This document shows positions 27,525 through 37,389 of a stretch of 64,000 nt of DNA, piece by piece (within the stretch, counting starts at the first letter, position 1; each line of letters begins with the position of its first letter). The translations under genes and the position numbers were made by a program. The stretch is from a bacterium (GTDB taxonomy: Bacteria; UBA10199; 2-02-FULL-50-16; JAJFLM01), in contig CBDCFN010000016.1 of NCBI GenBank assembly GCA_965216315.1, positions 448,001 through 512,000 of the forward strand. Reading direction: 5' to 3'. Under the pieces are notes generated by a model, which saw only the letters and a list, made by a program, of their open reading frames with translations, searched no databases and had not been told where the DNA came from.

Positions 27525-28960
27525 AGAGGACATCAGCAAAAGAGTATGCGCGCAAACGCCGGTTTAAATATGGTGCCTATGCCTTGATAGTGACAACCTC
27601 GATCGTTGGTCTTTTTGTGGTGGCGTATGTTGGAGCAAGTCGAACAAATTGGCGTTTTGATTTTACGGAAAACAGTTCCTTCACTTTGTCCGAGCAGACA
27701 TTGAGCGTGCTTGATCAGCTTAAAGAGCCGATCATGATACGGGCATTTTTTCGACGTGGTGGAGATATTGACCAAGTCTTTATTCGGCGCAAGGTTGACG
27801 ATGTGTTACGTGAATATGCAGCCCGAAGCCGTCACATTGATTACGCAATGGTGGATCCTGATGTTGGCTTGGAACAAACAGTGTCCTATGGCATTCAGCA
27901 AGATGGAACCATTGTATTTCAGTCAGCAAATCGACGGAAAGACATATATCAGTCTGTCCTGTTCAACTATCCGAGTCTTGCAGATGAGTCGGTTCCTCTC
28001 TTTGTCGGTGAATCACTCTTTACGAATGCTATTCTAAGTCTCAATCAGGAGGATACGCCGAGCGTGTGCCTTCTGGAAGGGCATGGTGAGAGGGATACGA
28101 CTTCGCCCGAAGCGGATGGGTTGAGCCAACTCATGTCCGTCTTGAAAAATGAGAATTATTTGGTGGAGTCCGTATCCATGGGGACGGATGTCGACTGGCA
28201 TAAGCGCTGCGATCTCTTGATAGTGGCAGGGCCGAAACTCGGGTTTCATGCGGTAGAAGACCGCAGGCTTAAACGCTATCTACTGGACGGAAAAAAACTC
28301 ATATTGATGGTGGATCCGCAGACGCAGCCACAACTTAAGGAAACCCTGGCAACCGTCGGTATCGTATTTGAACCGGCAGTGATTTTCGATCCGGACCGGC
28401 ACTTTGTATTAGGAGCACATTATCCTACGGCTAAAGTACTACAACATGAGATTACCGACAGAATCCTGCAATTAAAATTGAGCCCCGTTTTCTATCTCGC
28501 GCGCCCTTTAAGTGTGAAATTGCCGGATGAAGAATCATTTGAAGCGGCGAAACTTCTCCTGACGAGTCCTGTCGCCTGGGGTGAGACGCAGCTCAAGGCC
28601 CAGACAAAGGCGACGCCAGATCCAAAGGAGGACTTCAAAGGGCCCCTAGCCATGGCCGTTGCGCTGGTGCAAAAGCAGGGAGAAGCGGAGCGGCCGTCGG
28701 CATTATTATATGGAGATTCTAATTTCATAACAAATGGCCTCATCCAAGTTCCTGGTAACAAAGATCTGTTTCTTAATGGGGTTGCATGGTTGCTGGGCCA
28801 ACAAGCGCAAATATCAATTCGGCCGCGTCAACCGGATTTTCGCCCTCTTGTGCTGGAGCCTGAGACGACTCGGTGGGTCGCATTAACGACAGAGGTTATT
28901 TATCCCGGTTTGATATTGAGCGGTGGGCTATTTTATTGGTGGCGGCGGAAGAGACGATGA
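27515..28960 (+). CDS. GldG-like ABC auxiliary protein
   Basis: 'DFTENSSFTLSEQT', 'EGHGE', 'GNKDLFLNGVAWL', C-terminal TM + WWRRKRR. Confidence 0.88.
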   Translation: MEVKRTSAKEYARKRRFKYGAYALIVTTSIVGLFVVAYVGASRTNWRFDFTENSSFTLSEQTLSVLDQLKEPIMIRAFFRRGGDIDQVFIRRKVDDVLREYAARSRHIDYAMVDPDVGLEQTVSYGIQQDGTIVFQSANRRKDIYQSVLFNYPSLADESVPLFVGESLFTNAILSLNQEDTPSVCLLEGHGERDTTSPEADGLSQLMSVLKNENYLVESVSMGTDVDWHKRCDLLIVAGPKLGFHAVEDRRLKRYLLDGKKLILMVDPQTQPQLKETLATVGIVFEPAVIFDPDRHFVLGAHYPTAKVLQHEITDRILQLKLSPVFYLARPLSVKLPDEESFEAAKLLLTSPVAWGETQLKAQTKATPDPKEDFKGPLAMAVALVQKQGEAERPSALLYGDSNFITNGLIQVPGNKDLFLNGVAWLLGQQAQISIRPRQPDFRPLVLEPETTRWVALTTEVIYPGLILSGGLFYWWRRKRR

Positions 28961-29490
28961 AGTTGTTTGTCAAAGCAACTCTGTATGCGGTGGCTTTCGT
29001 AGCCGCCTTATTTTTTTTAATGAAAGGACAGGAAGATCACGGTGAACTTCATCTGTGGGAGTTCAGTATTGAAGAAATTCAGTCTGTAGCTATCACTTCA
29101 GTTGAACAGAAGTATCAGGTTAAACGTGAACAAGGAAAATGGAAAATTGATATCGCCGGTGATTCTTGGGAAGGCGATGAGAACGCGATAAGCCTGTGGT
29201 TGCGACCGCTCTTGCATCCACACGCCAAAGCCATCTTGGGCGGCTCGAAGGAGGCCATTCTCAATTACGAAGATTATGGCTTGGTGAATCCTTCATCGCG
29301 AATCATTATCCATTTAAATGCGGGTAAGAAGTGGGAGCTATTAATTGGACGCCGCAGTCCTTTGGGGGATAGTTATTATGTTCAACCTGCGGGTGTTTCG
29401 GCGGTATACCTGCTGTCAATTGACGAGTTGAGAGAGTTTCTGGATGGAAAGGTAGAACGGCTTAAGGCGAAGGCGTCCACTCGCCCTTGA
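28957..29490 (+). CDS. DUF4340-like protein
   Basis: ATGA overlap with the preceding gene; N-terminal TM; 'DYGLVNP', 'LLIGRRSPLGDSYYV'; usual fourth gene of Gld-type ABC operons. Confidence 0.75.
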   Translation: MKLFVKATLYAVAFVAALFFLMKGQEDHGELHLWEFSIEEIQSVAITSVEQKYQVKREQGKWKIDIAGDSWEGDENAISLWLRPLLHPHAKAILGGSKEAILNYEDYGLVNPSSRIIIHLNAGKKWELLIGRRSPLGDSYYVQPAGVSAVYLLSIDELREFLDGKVERLKAKASTRP

Positions 29491-30721
29491 GTCGTTTGAG
29501 TTCATATTTTACAATGGTCCTCAGTATTTTAGGCTCGACCCAACCGCTAAGATAGCGACCATTGATGTAGATAGCCGGTGTACCGCTAATTTTGATCGAA
29601 TTACCGAGTTCGACATCTTGAGCAAGACGACCTTCAATTTGATTTGAAGCAATGCATTCTCCCAGCGCTGCTGCAGTCATTCCGATCTCAGGCGCAAGCG
29701 TTTTCGTCAATAGACTATGGGAAATGCGTTTTTGGTTTTCAAAGATGAGGTCATGAAACTTCCAGAATGCCAAGTCACCCTTCTCCTGGTAAACACATAG
29801 TGCGGCCTTAGCTGCAATGCAAGCGGCGGGGTGCATTGCTTGTTGCATCGCCGGATTACATGACTGATCAAGGGGATAATTATTGAAAACGATGCGCACG
29901 TCGTTGCGAAACTTACCTAAATAAGGTTTGAGGCTGAATGCGGCGCGGCGGCAGAAGGGGCATTGAAAGTCGCTAAATTCCGCTATGGTTATCGGAGCCT
30001 CTTTGTTACCTAAAATTGGTTTCCCTTCCGTTGGAATTTCTATGGGCTCTTGACTGTAAAAATGACGAAGTAATGATTGCTCGCTAAATTGAGGCGGACC
30101 CGAATGCGCTCGTTCATTGAGGCCAAAAAAGAACAGGATGCCCACGCCAAAAATGACAATGCTAGATACAAGGTACTGAACAAATGAAGTGCGTTTCGTC
30201 TCTTCATCGGGCGCCTTGAATGTGCGACTAAAATAATCTCCGATAAAATGGATGAGTTTCCAGATTGGCGTCTTGGTAGCGATTAAAAGCAAGATGAAAA
30301 TCGCGACTGCCAAGATGTGAGAGCCCATGCAAAAAAGGCAGATGATGCGGAGCTTTGCCGTCAGGAGATAGGCCATATAGAGGCTATAGAGTGCCGCGGC
30401 ACCGCTGGCGAGCAGTAGGAATTCGAGAATGGAGCGCTGGCGTTGCGAGGAGGCGAGCGCCCAGATTAGCAAAATAGCCGCTACGGCATAATAAAGGAAA
30501 CCCAGCTCAGAGTTAGGGATATTAAGTACATGGGCATATTCGCTCGTTAAGGCGGTATCGCAGTCGATAAAGGAGGAAAGCGTGCAAAAACTCTTTTGCA
30601 TCAGGCCTTCATTGGCAATGCGATAATGCTGGGCCGTGAGAAGGGCCGTATCAATCAGGCCGAGGATCGCTGCAAAAAGGCTTGCGAAAATCCATTTTCG
30701 AGGTGATGATTCTTGCGCCAT
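29462..30721 (-). CDS. VKOR-DsbA (thioredoxin-fold) fusion
   Basis: VKOR 'FC......C...LTS' and 'CLFC' in the TM region; DsbA 'EFSDFQCPFC' and cis-Pro 'GTPA'; start probably 30721. Confidence 0.9.
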   Translation of the reverse strand: MAQESSPRKWIFASLFAAILGLIDTALLTAQHYRIANEGLMQKSFCTLSSFIDCDTALTSEYAHVLNIPNSELGFLYYAVAAILLIWALASSQRQRSILEFLLLASGAAALYSLYMAYLLTAKLRIICLFCMGSHILAVAIFILLLIATKTPIWKLIHFIGDYFSRTFKAPDEETKRTSFVQYLVSSIVIFGVGILFFFGLNERAHSGPPQFSEQSLLRHFYSQEPIEIPTEGKPILGNKEAPITIAEFSDFQCPFCRRAAFSLKPYLGKFRNDVRIVFNNYPLDQSCNPAMQQAMHPAACIAAKAALCVYQEKGDLAFWKFHDLIFENQKRISHSLLTKTLAPEIGMTAAALGECIASNQIEGRLAQDVELGNSIKISGTPAIYINGRYLSGWVEPKILRTIVKYELKRLKGEWTPSP

Positions 30722-30752
30722 GAAGCTCAGTTTAATAGCGAAAAGGGTGGTA

Positions 30753-31502
30753 ATGATCAAGCATGTGCTGATTCTAGCCGTATTATTCTTAATTCCTCAA
30801 CCGGGTATGGCCGCGATAGATACGGTGGAAGGTCTTCATCGGGAGGTTTCGGCTCGCCTAGCCGCTTTCGAAGAGGAGCTGTCACTGCGGGAACGTCGGA
30901 CGATGAACCGGGTGTCCTGGAAAGAACGGATGTCGCTGTCCCCGGGGCTTCGTGATAAATATCAGCAGTGGCACCAGTTGCTCGAGCAGGAAGAAAAATG
31001 GCGGAAAGGAATTGAACTCAAGCAAGAGCTCTTGGCATTACACGATAAGGCTATGGCGAGCCGTCAAGAGGTGCAGGCTGAAGCGGACCGCATCAGCCGC
31101 GAGGTGCTTGAGATTATGTATCGTTACCGCAAGGAATGGAAGATGCTCAATATGGCCCTGTTTCAGAATATGCTCATTAATATGAAACTTAAAGACAAGG
31201 GTTTTTGCTGGCATTGGGTGGAAAAATTTGTGGGTACTTTACGGCCGATTGGATTTAAGCATTTTGATTTTCATTGGGGTGTCGCGTATGAGGGGAAGTT
31301 GCGGGAGAATAATGCCCTTGTCATTGTGAGCCTCGGGTCCCCTTTCGAAACGGGACTGGCTATCGATGCATGGCGCTCATCGGGGAGGCCGTTTTGGCGA
31401 CTGGTCAAAAAAGATCGTTTCCCTTGGGTCAAGCGCGATGAGTCGCAAATTGAAATCGGCGAATATGATGAAGAAGCAGATGTATCTGCCAAGCAGCAAT
31501 AG
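30753..31502 (+). CDS. Hypothetical exported protein (coiled coil + 'GFCWHW...IDAWRSSG' domain)
   Basis: Signal-peptide-like MIKHVLILAVLFLIPQPGMA; first gene upstream of prmA. Confidence 0.7.
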   Translation: MIKHVLILAVLFLIPQPGMAAIDTVEGLHREVSARLAAFEEELSLRERRTMNRVSWKERMSLSPGLRDKYQQWHQLLEQEEKWRKGIELKQELLALHDKAMASRQEVQAEADRISREVLEIMYRYRKEWKMLNMALFQNMLINMKLKDKGFCWHWVEKFVGTLRPIGFKHFDFHWGVAYEGKLRENNALVIVSLGSPFETGLAIDAWRSSGRPFWRLVKKDRFPWVKRDESQIEIGEYDEEADVSAKQQ

Positions 31503-31508
31503 CATTTC

Positions 31509-32390
31509 ATGTCACAACACGAATATCAGGTTATAAGCCTCACGGTATCTCCGGAAGATACGGATTGGGTTCAGGGTGAACTCTATGCACAGGGTTGCCT
31601 TGGCTTGATTGAGGAGGAGGGGGCAGCAGGGCAGGTCATATTAAAGGCGTACTTCGAAATTGATGAAAAGATTGGTGAGCGACTCAAATATTTTAATTCG
31701 AATCTTCCGTCGGCATGTAAGGCGGCAGAGATCAAGCTAAACGCCTCGGACTTTAAACCTGCGCCCTTCGAACCGATTCAGTTGGCCGGTGATTTCTGGA
31801 TTGTTCCGCCGGAGGACATGCTCGTAGATGCTGAAAAGTCGGGTGATCAGCTTGCAAGGCCCGGCTTTGCCGAGTCGCGCAGCAAGCTCGAAGGAGCTTG
31901 CGTAGTGATAAGGCCCGGCATGGCCTTCGGAACCGGCCGCCATGAAACGACTCAGCTTTGTGCCGAGGCTATGCTCAAAATGGATCCAGTGCCAGGCTCA
32001 CTATTAGATGTTGGGACGGGCAGTGGCGTGCTGGCAATACTGGCCAGGAAGTTGGGTGTAGAAAAGGTCGTTGCGGTTGAGATTTCCGAAGACGCACGTG
32101 CGAATGCACGCGAGAATTTTACGCTCAATCAGATTGAGGACATTGAATTGTGCGGAAACATAAATGATGTATCGGAACAATTTGAAGTTGTCATCGCGAA
32201 TATCCTGACGCCGACGATATTGCAGCTTAGGGAGCAACTTCTAGCTCGGATGAATCCAGCTAGCAGGCTGATTCTCTCTGGCATTGCCGGCAAGAAAGAA
32301 GCGGAGCAAATAGAAGCAAATTTCTCCGATTTAAATTTGCAGGTGCGCGTTGAAAAAGCTGAGTGGCACTGTTTTGTTTATCGATTGTAG
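31509..32390 (+). CDS. prmA: Ribosomal protein L11 methyltransferase
   Basis: 'PGMAFGTGRHETT', 'LDVGTGSGVLAI', 'ANIL', 'LILSGI'. Confidence 0.93.
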   Translation: MSQHEYQVISLTVSPEDTDWVQGELYAQGCLGLIEEEGAAGQVILKAYFEIDEKIGERLKYFNSNLPSACKAAEIKLNASDFKPAPFEPIQLAGDFWIVPPEDMLVDAEKSGDQLARPGFAESRSKLEGACVVIRPGMAFGTGRHETTQLCAEAMLKMDPVPGSLLDVGTGSGVLAILARKLGVEKVVAVEISEDARANARENFTLNQIEDIELCGNINDVSEQFEVVIANILTPTILQLREQLLARMNPASRLILSGIAGKKEAEQIEANFSDLNLQVRVEKAEWHCFVYRL

Positions 32391-32393
32391 GGT

Positions 32394-33392
32394 CTACAAA
32401 GGGGGTGCAAAAAACTCTGGCCCAACGGGCGTCTTGATTTCAATCTCTAGGGCGCGATCCATTTCCCTGAAGTCATTTTCATTTAAGCGAACACTGAGAG
32501 CTCCCGCATTGGCTTCCGCCTGGGATGCATTGCGGGCTCCGACGAGAGCACAGCTGACACCTGGTTGTTGGTAGGTCCAGGCAATAGCGAGCTGCCCAAC
32601 CGTACAATTTTTACGTTCGGCAATTTTCTCGAGGCGCCTTATGGCCTTTAAATACTGCGGCCGCCTATCCGCCTTAAACTTTGGATCTGCCCGCCGCAAA
32701 TCGCCTTTAGGAAACTCGGTCTCTTTAGTGATGCGTCCGCTTAACAGTCCGCGGCAGAGAGCTCCATAGGTCAAAGTAGCGATACTGTGTTCATGGCAAA
32801 ACGGGAGTATTTCAACTTCGGCGTTTCGTTCAAACAAATTGTACGGTGGCTGATTAGAGGCCAGTTGATGAGTTGAAAGGCACTGAGCCAGTTGTGAGGT
32901 TGAAAAGTTGCTGACCCCAAAAGCCCGTATCTTTCCATTTTGTTTTAATTGTTCCAGTGCTTCCAGTGACTCATTGAAAGGTGTCGCTGGATCGGGCCAG
33001 TGGATTTGCATGAGATCGATGACGTCTGTTTGTAAGCGTCGAAGACTCGCATCGACTTCGCTGTGAATCCTGTCAGGGGATGAGTTGCGGCGAATATTGT
33101 GTTTGTCGTCACTCCATTCAAGGCCGCATTTGCTGGCGAGGAAGACTTGATTGCGAAGTTGATGAGCCCTTAGGGTGCGTCCGACAATTTCCTCGGCGTG
33201 ACCGAAGCCATAGATAGGAGCCGTATCGATGAGAGTGACACCATTGCGGAGCGAAGCCACGATGGCCCCTGCGCTTGAGGCTTCGTTAGTGCCGCCCCAA
33301 TGGAGGCCACCAATTGCCCAGGTGCCGAGTCCGACGGCGGGGATGGATAGCCCGGATTCGGCGAGGGGGCGCTGATTCTTTGACTCGTTCAT
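32394..33392 (-). CDS. Aldo/keto reductase
   Basis: 'GLGTWAIGG', 'DTAPIYG', 'SLRRLQTDVIDLMQIHWPD', 'GVSNF'; start 33392 or 33425. Confidence 0.93.
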   Translation of the reverse strand: MNESKNQRPLAESGLSIPAVGLGTWAIGGLHWGGTNEASSAGAIVASLRNGVTLIDTAPIYGFGHAEEIVGRTLRAHQLRNQVFLASKCGLEWSDDKHNIRRNSSPDRIHSEVDASLRRLQTDVIDLMQIHWPDPATPFNESLEALEQLKQNGKIRAFGVSNFSTSQLAQCLSTHQLASNQPPYNLFERNAEVEILPFCHEHSIATLTYGALCRGLLSGRITKETEFPKGDLRRADPKFKADRRPQYLKAIRRLEKIAERKNCTVGQLAIAWTYQQPGVSCALVGARNASQAEANAGALSVRLNENDFREMDRALEIEIKTPVGPEFFAPPL

Positions 33393-33487
33393 CTCTTTGA
33401 TATTTATAAGGAAATTGCGTCTCATGCAACGATAAAATCCCTTAAGACCTTGCTAATGGGGTCAGATTCTGTTTGTCATAACTTGTT

Positions 33488-35353
33488 ATGACTCTCGCCC
33501 GGTGGTTCGTTGTTGTCGTCTATCTTATTCCCATCATGGGGACTCTCATCAATATGGGGCGACGCATCCGATCTCTCTGGTCGTTTGGTGGAGAAGTCCG
33601 ACAGCATATTCCCAAGAACCCAGTCTCGCGTACCTTGAAAAAATGGTCGGCCGCTATTCGCGGGGCTTGGTCTAAGTTTTTAAAGCAATATGGTCCGAGT
33701 TTGCGGGTGCGTGATGTCAATGCGGCACTAGGGAAATTCGAGTATCTCTTCGGGCACATGCGCGATTATACGGTGGGTGTTGTGATGACCGGTGGGGCCG
33801 TCTTTAATCTGACGATGTGTCTCTTGGTTAGTTCAGAGAATGTAAGCACTTATTTTTATGATGCCTTTTACTTCGGTGTCTTTGCATTGCTTTCACTCTA
33901 TACCTACCGCCGTCACGTGAACACGGGGCTTAAAATGACAGAGTTTATGCGGACCAATCCCTGGGTTCATCCGCAAGAATTCTTTGACATTTATTATCGA
34001 CGCCTTGGTCCCTTATATGAACCGATTCCGGTCAAGGCTGAGCGCGTTGTTGATCCTGAAGATGTTTCTTATTTAAGCGGGAAGTCGGCAGAGACGGGAT
34101 ATGGTCGGCTCGCATATGGTTTTTATGATACCGCTATTTTTGCGCGCAGTGCATTTAAAGCCTTAGACGAACTTGGTTCCATCTACGGAAACGAAGTCTT
34201 TGATGTCATGGCCAGTCTATGGGGCTCTCGCATGATTCAACTATTCCGTTCGAGCATGAGAGTGACAGGAGCTGAGAAATTTCAGGAGGTTGAGGGGAAA
34301 GTTATCCTGGTCTTCAATCATAAGTCTCATTTGGACTTTGTCTTAAACTTTTTTGCCTTGTCCAAGGCGCGGCTTAAAAATGGCCAACCGTTGCGTCCGC
34401 GCTATATGGCCGCCAAAGATCATTTTGTTGATAACAAATTTATTTATGAAGGAATCGGCGTCGGACGTCTCATCGAAAATGTCGATATGGTCTTTGTAGA
34501 TCGTACCGGTAAGGGAGCAGATGCCATCCAGCAGGCGGCGGATATCTTAACGCGTCGCGATGTTTCAATTGCGATGTATCCGCAAGGAACACGCGCTTAT
34601 GGCAACATCGGTTCACATCGCGAGCGACGTGATGCCGGTTTTTATACCGCGGGATCAGCCAAGAGTCTGCGCAAAGAACTCGGGCATCTCAAAAAAGGCT
34701 GTGCTTTCTTGGCCTTGGATACGGCAATTGCTTTGCATAAACAGGGTAGTCAGGAACCGGTGAATCTGGTGTTCGTCGGTATCGAAGGCACAGCTGATCT
34801 CGTTCCGAAAGGGTCGATGAAAGTGAGGACGGAGTCTGAAGTTTCTTTTAATATAGGCAATATTGTACGGATTATGCCGGACGAAGTGGTTGACTACGCT
34901 AAGCCGGGACCAGAAGGACCGGTGACAGATGCGGAACGACGTTACCAGGACCGTGTGGGTCAGTTGATGCGCGTCATCAACGATGGCCTCATCCAGGCTC
35001 TCAACTTGCATACTGAATTGAGCGACCGCTTTATCTCGGATGTTCGCGAGCATAATCTCGTAGCGGCGGGGAGCTGGATGCAGATCAAGAATGCTTTGGT
35101 TTCATGGGACCAGCACGGTGAACTACTGCCTTTTCAAGTACTCGATCGCATCTATGCGCTCGATCCCAACTATCGTGATAAGTACTTGCAGCGTGCCGCG
35201 GAACTTTTCGTCCAAGAGACACCGGAGGCTGCTGACTTAGAGGCTCTCAACGGAGAGGTGATCGATTTCCTTCTCAAGACGCGAGGAAAGGTCATGAAGC
35301 GAGCGATGATGAGCGAGAAGAATCGCGAAAAGAAGCTGAAAAAAGCTTCCTAA
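33488..35353 (+). CDS. PlsC-family acyltransferase with N-terminal membrane domain
   Basis: 'NHKSHLD' (HX4D), 'FVDR', 'YPQGTR'. Confidence 0.8.
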   Translation: MTLARWFVVVVYLIPIMGTLINMGRRIRSLWSFGGEVRQHIPKNPVSRTLKKWSAAIRGAWSKFLKQYGPSLRVRDVNAALGKFEYLFGHMRDYTVGVVMTGGAVFNLTMCLLVSSENVSTYFYDAFYFGVFALLSLYTYRRHVNTGLKMTEFMRTNPWVHPQEFFDIYYRRLGPLYEPIPVKAERVVDPEDVSYLSGKSAETGYGRLAYGFYDTAIFARSAFKALDELGSIYGNEVFDVMASLWGSRMIQLFRSSMRVTGAEKFQEVEGKVILVFNHKSHLDFVLNFFALSKARLKNGQPLRPRYMAAKDHFVDNKFIYEGIGVGRLIENVDMVFVDRTGKGADAIQQAADILTRRDVSIAMYPQGTRAYGNIGSHRERRDAGFYTAGSAKSLRKELGHLKKGCAFLALDTAIALHKQGSQEPVNLVFVGIEGTADLVPKGSMKVRTESEVSFNIGNIVRIMPDEVVDYAKPGPEGPVTDAERRYQDRVGQLMRVINDGLIQALNLHTELSDRFISDVREHNLVAAGSWMQIKNALVSWDQHGELLPFQVLDRIYALDPNYRDKYLQRAAELFVQETPEAADLEALNGEVIDFLLKTRGKVMKRAMMSEKNREKKLKKAS

Positions 35354-36193
35354 TTATTCCACAAATTCAGGAATGACATTTTCAGGAAGAATGCCTTTAT
35401 TGAAGCCTTCATCGAGCAAGAGCTCAACAGCTTTCTTGCCCTTGTCTCCGTAGCCGAGCGTCCAGTGATTGACGTACATGGAGACGAAGGCGTCGGTTTG
35501 CTCTTCGTTCATGCCGCGGGCGAACTGACGGGCATAGGGAATCGACTCTTCTTTGTTGTTGAGGCCGAGCTGGATGCTTTCTTTGAGGAGTGCATCTAAT
35601 TTTCTAATCAGTTCATCACCGAGGTCTTTGCGGATAATGTTGCAGCCTAATGGGAGGGGGAGTTGGGTCTGTTCGAACCACCACTCACCCATGTCCAGTA
35701 ACTTGCGAAAGCCTTCGGCTTCGTAAGTGAGTTGCCCTTCATGGATGATGAGGCCGACGGGATATTCACCGGTTTGGACCTTGGTTAAAATCTGATCGAA
35801 AGGGACAACGTCATATTGAATGTTAGGTTCCCATAGTCGTAAGGCAAGTAGGGCCGTCGTCCACTCACCGGGGACGGCGACTTTCATTTTTCGTGCGTCA
35901 TCAAGTGTTAAATTTTCACGCGCGACCAACATGGGGCCATATTGCTCACCGAAGCTGGCGCCACTCGACATGATCTTGTAGCGATCTCGAATATAAGGAT
36001 AGGCGTGAAACGAAATCGCGCTGATCTCGTAGATGCCCTTCATGGCGGCCTGATTAAGGGTTTCAATGTCCGTCAGGGTGTGTTCGAGACGATAGCCGGG
36101 TAATGTGAGCCGGTCCGTTGCGAGGGCCCAGAACATGAAGGCATCGTCGGAATCGGGGCTGTGGGCGATTTTGATGAGTTGGTCGTCGCTCAT
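35354..36193 (-). CDS. mqnD: 1,4-dihydroxy-6-naphthoate synthase (futalosine pathway)
   Basis: 'AHSPDSDDAFMF', 'DIETLN', 'GLIIHEGQLTY', 'LPLPLG', 'MYVN'; start reassigned to 36193. Confidence 0.88.
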   Translation of the reverse strand: MSDDQLIKIAHSPDSDDAFMFWALATDRLTLPGYRLEHTLTDIETLNQAAMKGIYEISAISFHAYPYIRDRYKIMSSGASFGEQYGPMLVARENLTLDDARKMKVAVPGEWTTALLALRLWEPNIQYDVVPFDQILTKVQTGEYPVGLIIHEGQLTYEAEGFRKLLDMGEWWFEQTQLPLPLGCNIIRKDLGDELIRKLDALLKESIQLGLNNKEESIPYARQFARGMNEEQTDAFVSMYVNHWTLGYGDKGKKAVELLLDEGFNKGILPENVIPEFVE

Positions 36194-36247
36194 GGAGGGG
36201 GGGTTAGACCATAGTGGATGGGAGTCGTCAAGTGGGCACATTTATGT

Positions 36248-36439
36248 CGGGTCCCTCTGGGCGGGTCCTGCCCTCCCGTGAGAGTTTGTGACTCCCTCGC
36301 CTCGCTGTGCTGGCTCGGTCTCGCTCGCAAAACTCTCACTCGGGTCACCCGCCACACTTGAACGCCGGGTGGTTCGAGCTTCCTTCGGACCGTCTGCATT
36401 TAGAGACGCAGCCGAAGGTTTGCGAAGAACCAGGACCCG
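36248..36439. other. 192-nt multi-stem structured intergenic element (ncRNA or repeat candidate)
   Basis: Closing stem CGGGTCC/GGACCCG; GGCGGGT/ACCCGCC; GTGAGAGTTT/AAACTCTCAC; CTTGAAC/GTTCGAG; CCTTCGG/CCGAAGG. Confidence 0.55.
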
Positions 36440-36461
36440 GCGCAATTGAGCATGTCGATGT

Positions 36462-37307
36462 TCATAAGGGTATTGTAGAGAATAAAAACAGGAACTTGGC
36501 GACTAGTTCCCCAACGAAGATAAAAGCGACCCCGACGTACATGATGCCGGTAACGGATTGATTGCCATCCGCACGGGCTGAGGCCCAGGCGATATAAGCC
36601 GTTACTGCGGGAATCGCGAGGCCGACGATAATGCGTTGCCAAAAGAAGATGCCATACCCGCCCATTGACGTGAGTATCTTGATCGTTTCGTGATCCGGAC
36701 CGGAGCCGGTGTAGAGCCAGAGCCACGTGACTCCGACAGTGAGTATTTTGAGAATCAGCGTGCCTCCCAGGATTACAGACGTACGGACAAGCAGCCGCTT
36801 CGGCATCACGCCGTTGATGAAATACCAGCGGCCGAAGATCATCCCGATGAGAAATCCCCCGAGCAATAACGCCGCAGTTACAAAATTAATGGGGATGAGC
36901 GCCGCAGGAACGGTCAAGGTCGATTCCTTGGGAATAAACAGCAGACTGTCAAAGGCGACGGCCGGCAATGCTAAGAACGAGGCACTGTTAAGCCACATTT
37001 TGATAGGTTTTGTTTGAGAGAAGCGTGTGCAGAGCCACGCGACAAAAGCTAATGCGGCAATGATTCCATAGAGACCGTTGACATAGGGATAAGAACTCAG
37101 GTGGCTACCGAATCCAAAATTTTCCGGCAGAGTGAAAGGGTGTTTCCAGCGCATGAAAAGAGCGGCAGTGATAAATGCGAAAGACAGAAATGAAATTGTT
37201 TTGAAGAACAATCGATCGACTTGGTCCTTCGGTAAAAAAAGGCAGAGAAACACCATGCCGCAGGCGCTTTGCAACAGAAAAAGATTGAGTATAAAGGTAA
37301 TGCTCAT
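36462..37307 (-). CDS. Polytopic membrane protein of unknown function
   Basis: About 8 hydrophobic segments; 'GMIFGRWY', 'NQSVTGIMYV'. Confidence 0.75.
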   Translation of the reverse strand: MSITFILNLFLLQSACGMVFLCLFLPKDQVDRLFFKTISFLSFAFITAALFMRWKHPFTLPENFGFGSHLSSYPYVNGLYGIIAALAFVAWLCTRFSQTKPIKMWLNSASFLALPAVAFDSLLFIPKESTLTVPAALIPINFVTAALLLGGFLIGMIFGRWYFINGVMPKRLLVRTSVILGGTLILKILTVGVTWLWLYTGSGPDHETIKILTSMGGYGIFFWQRIIVGLAIPAVTAYIAWASARADGNQSVTGIMYVGVAFIFVGELVAKFLFLFSTIPL

Positions 37308-37389
37308 GGCGGGCCTGGGGCTATCATGCCGTACTGAATATGTCTAGTGGGGTTGATTTCAGGCGATTCATGTGATTGCTTGCTCCTCC

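Noticed and set aside
36370..36400. SRP RNA (minus strand GGTCCGAAGGAAGC resembles the SRP domain IV core)
   Set aside because: The GNRA tetraloop and the flanking CAGG/AGCAG internal loop are not intact, and CCGAAGG pairs in a different stem; left as an unassigned structured element
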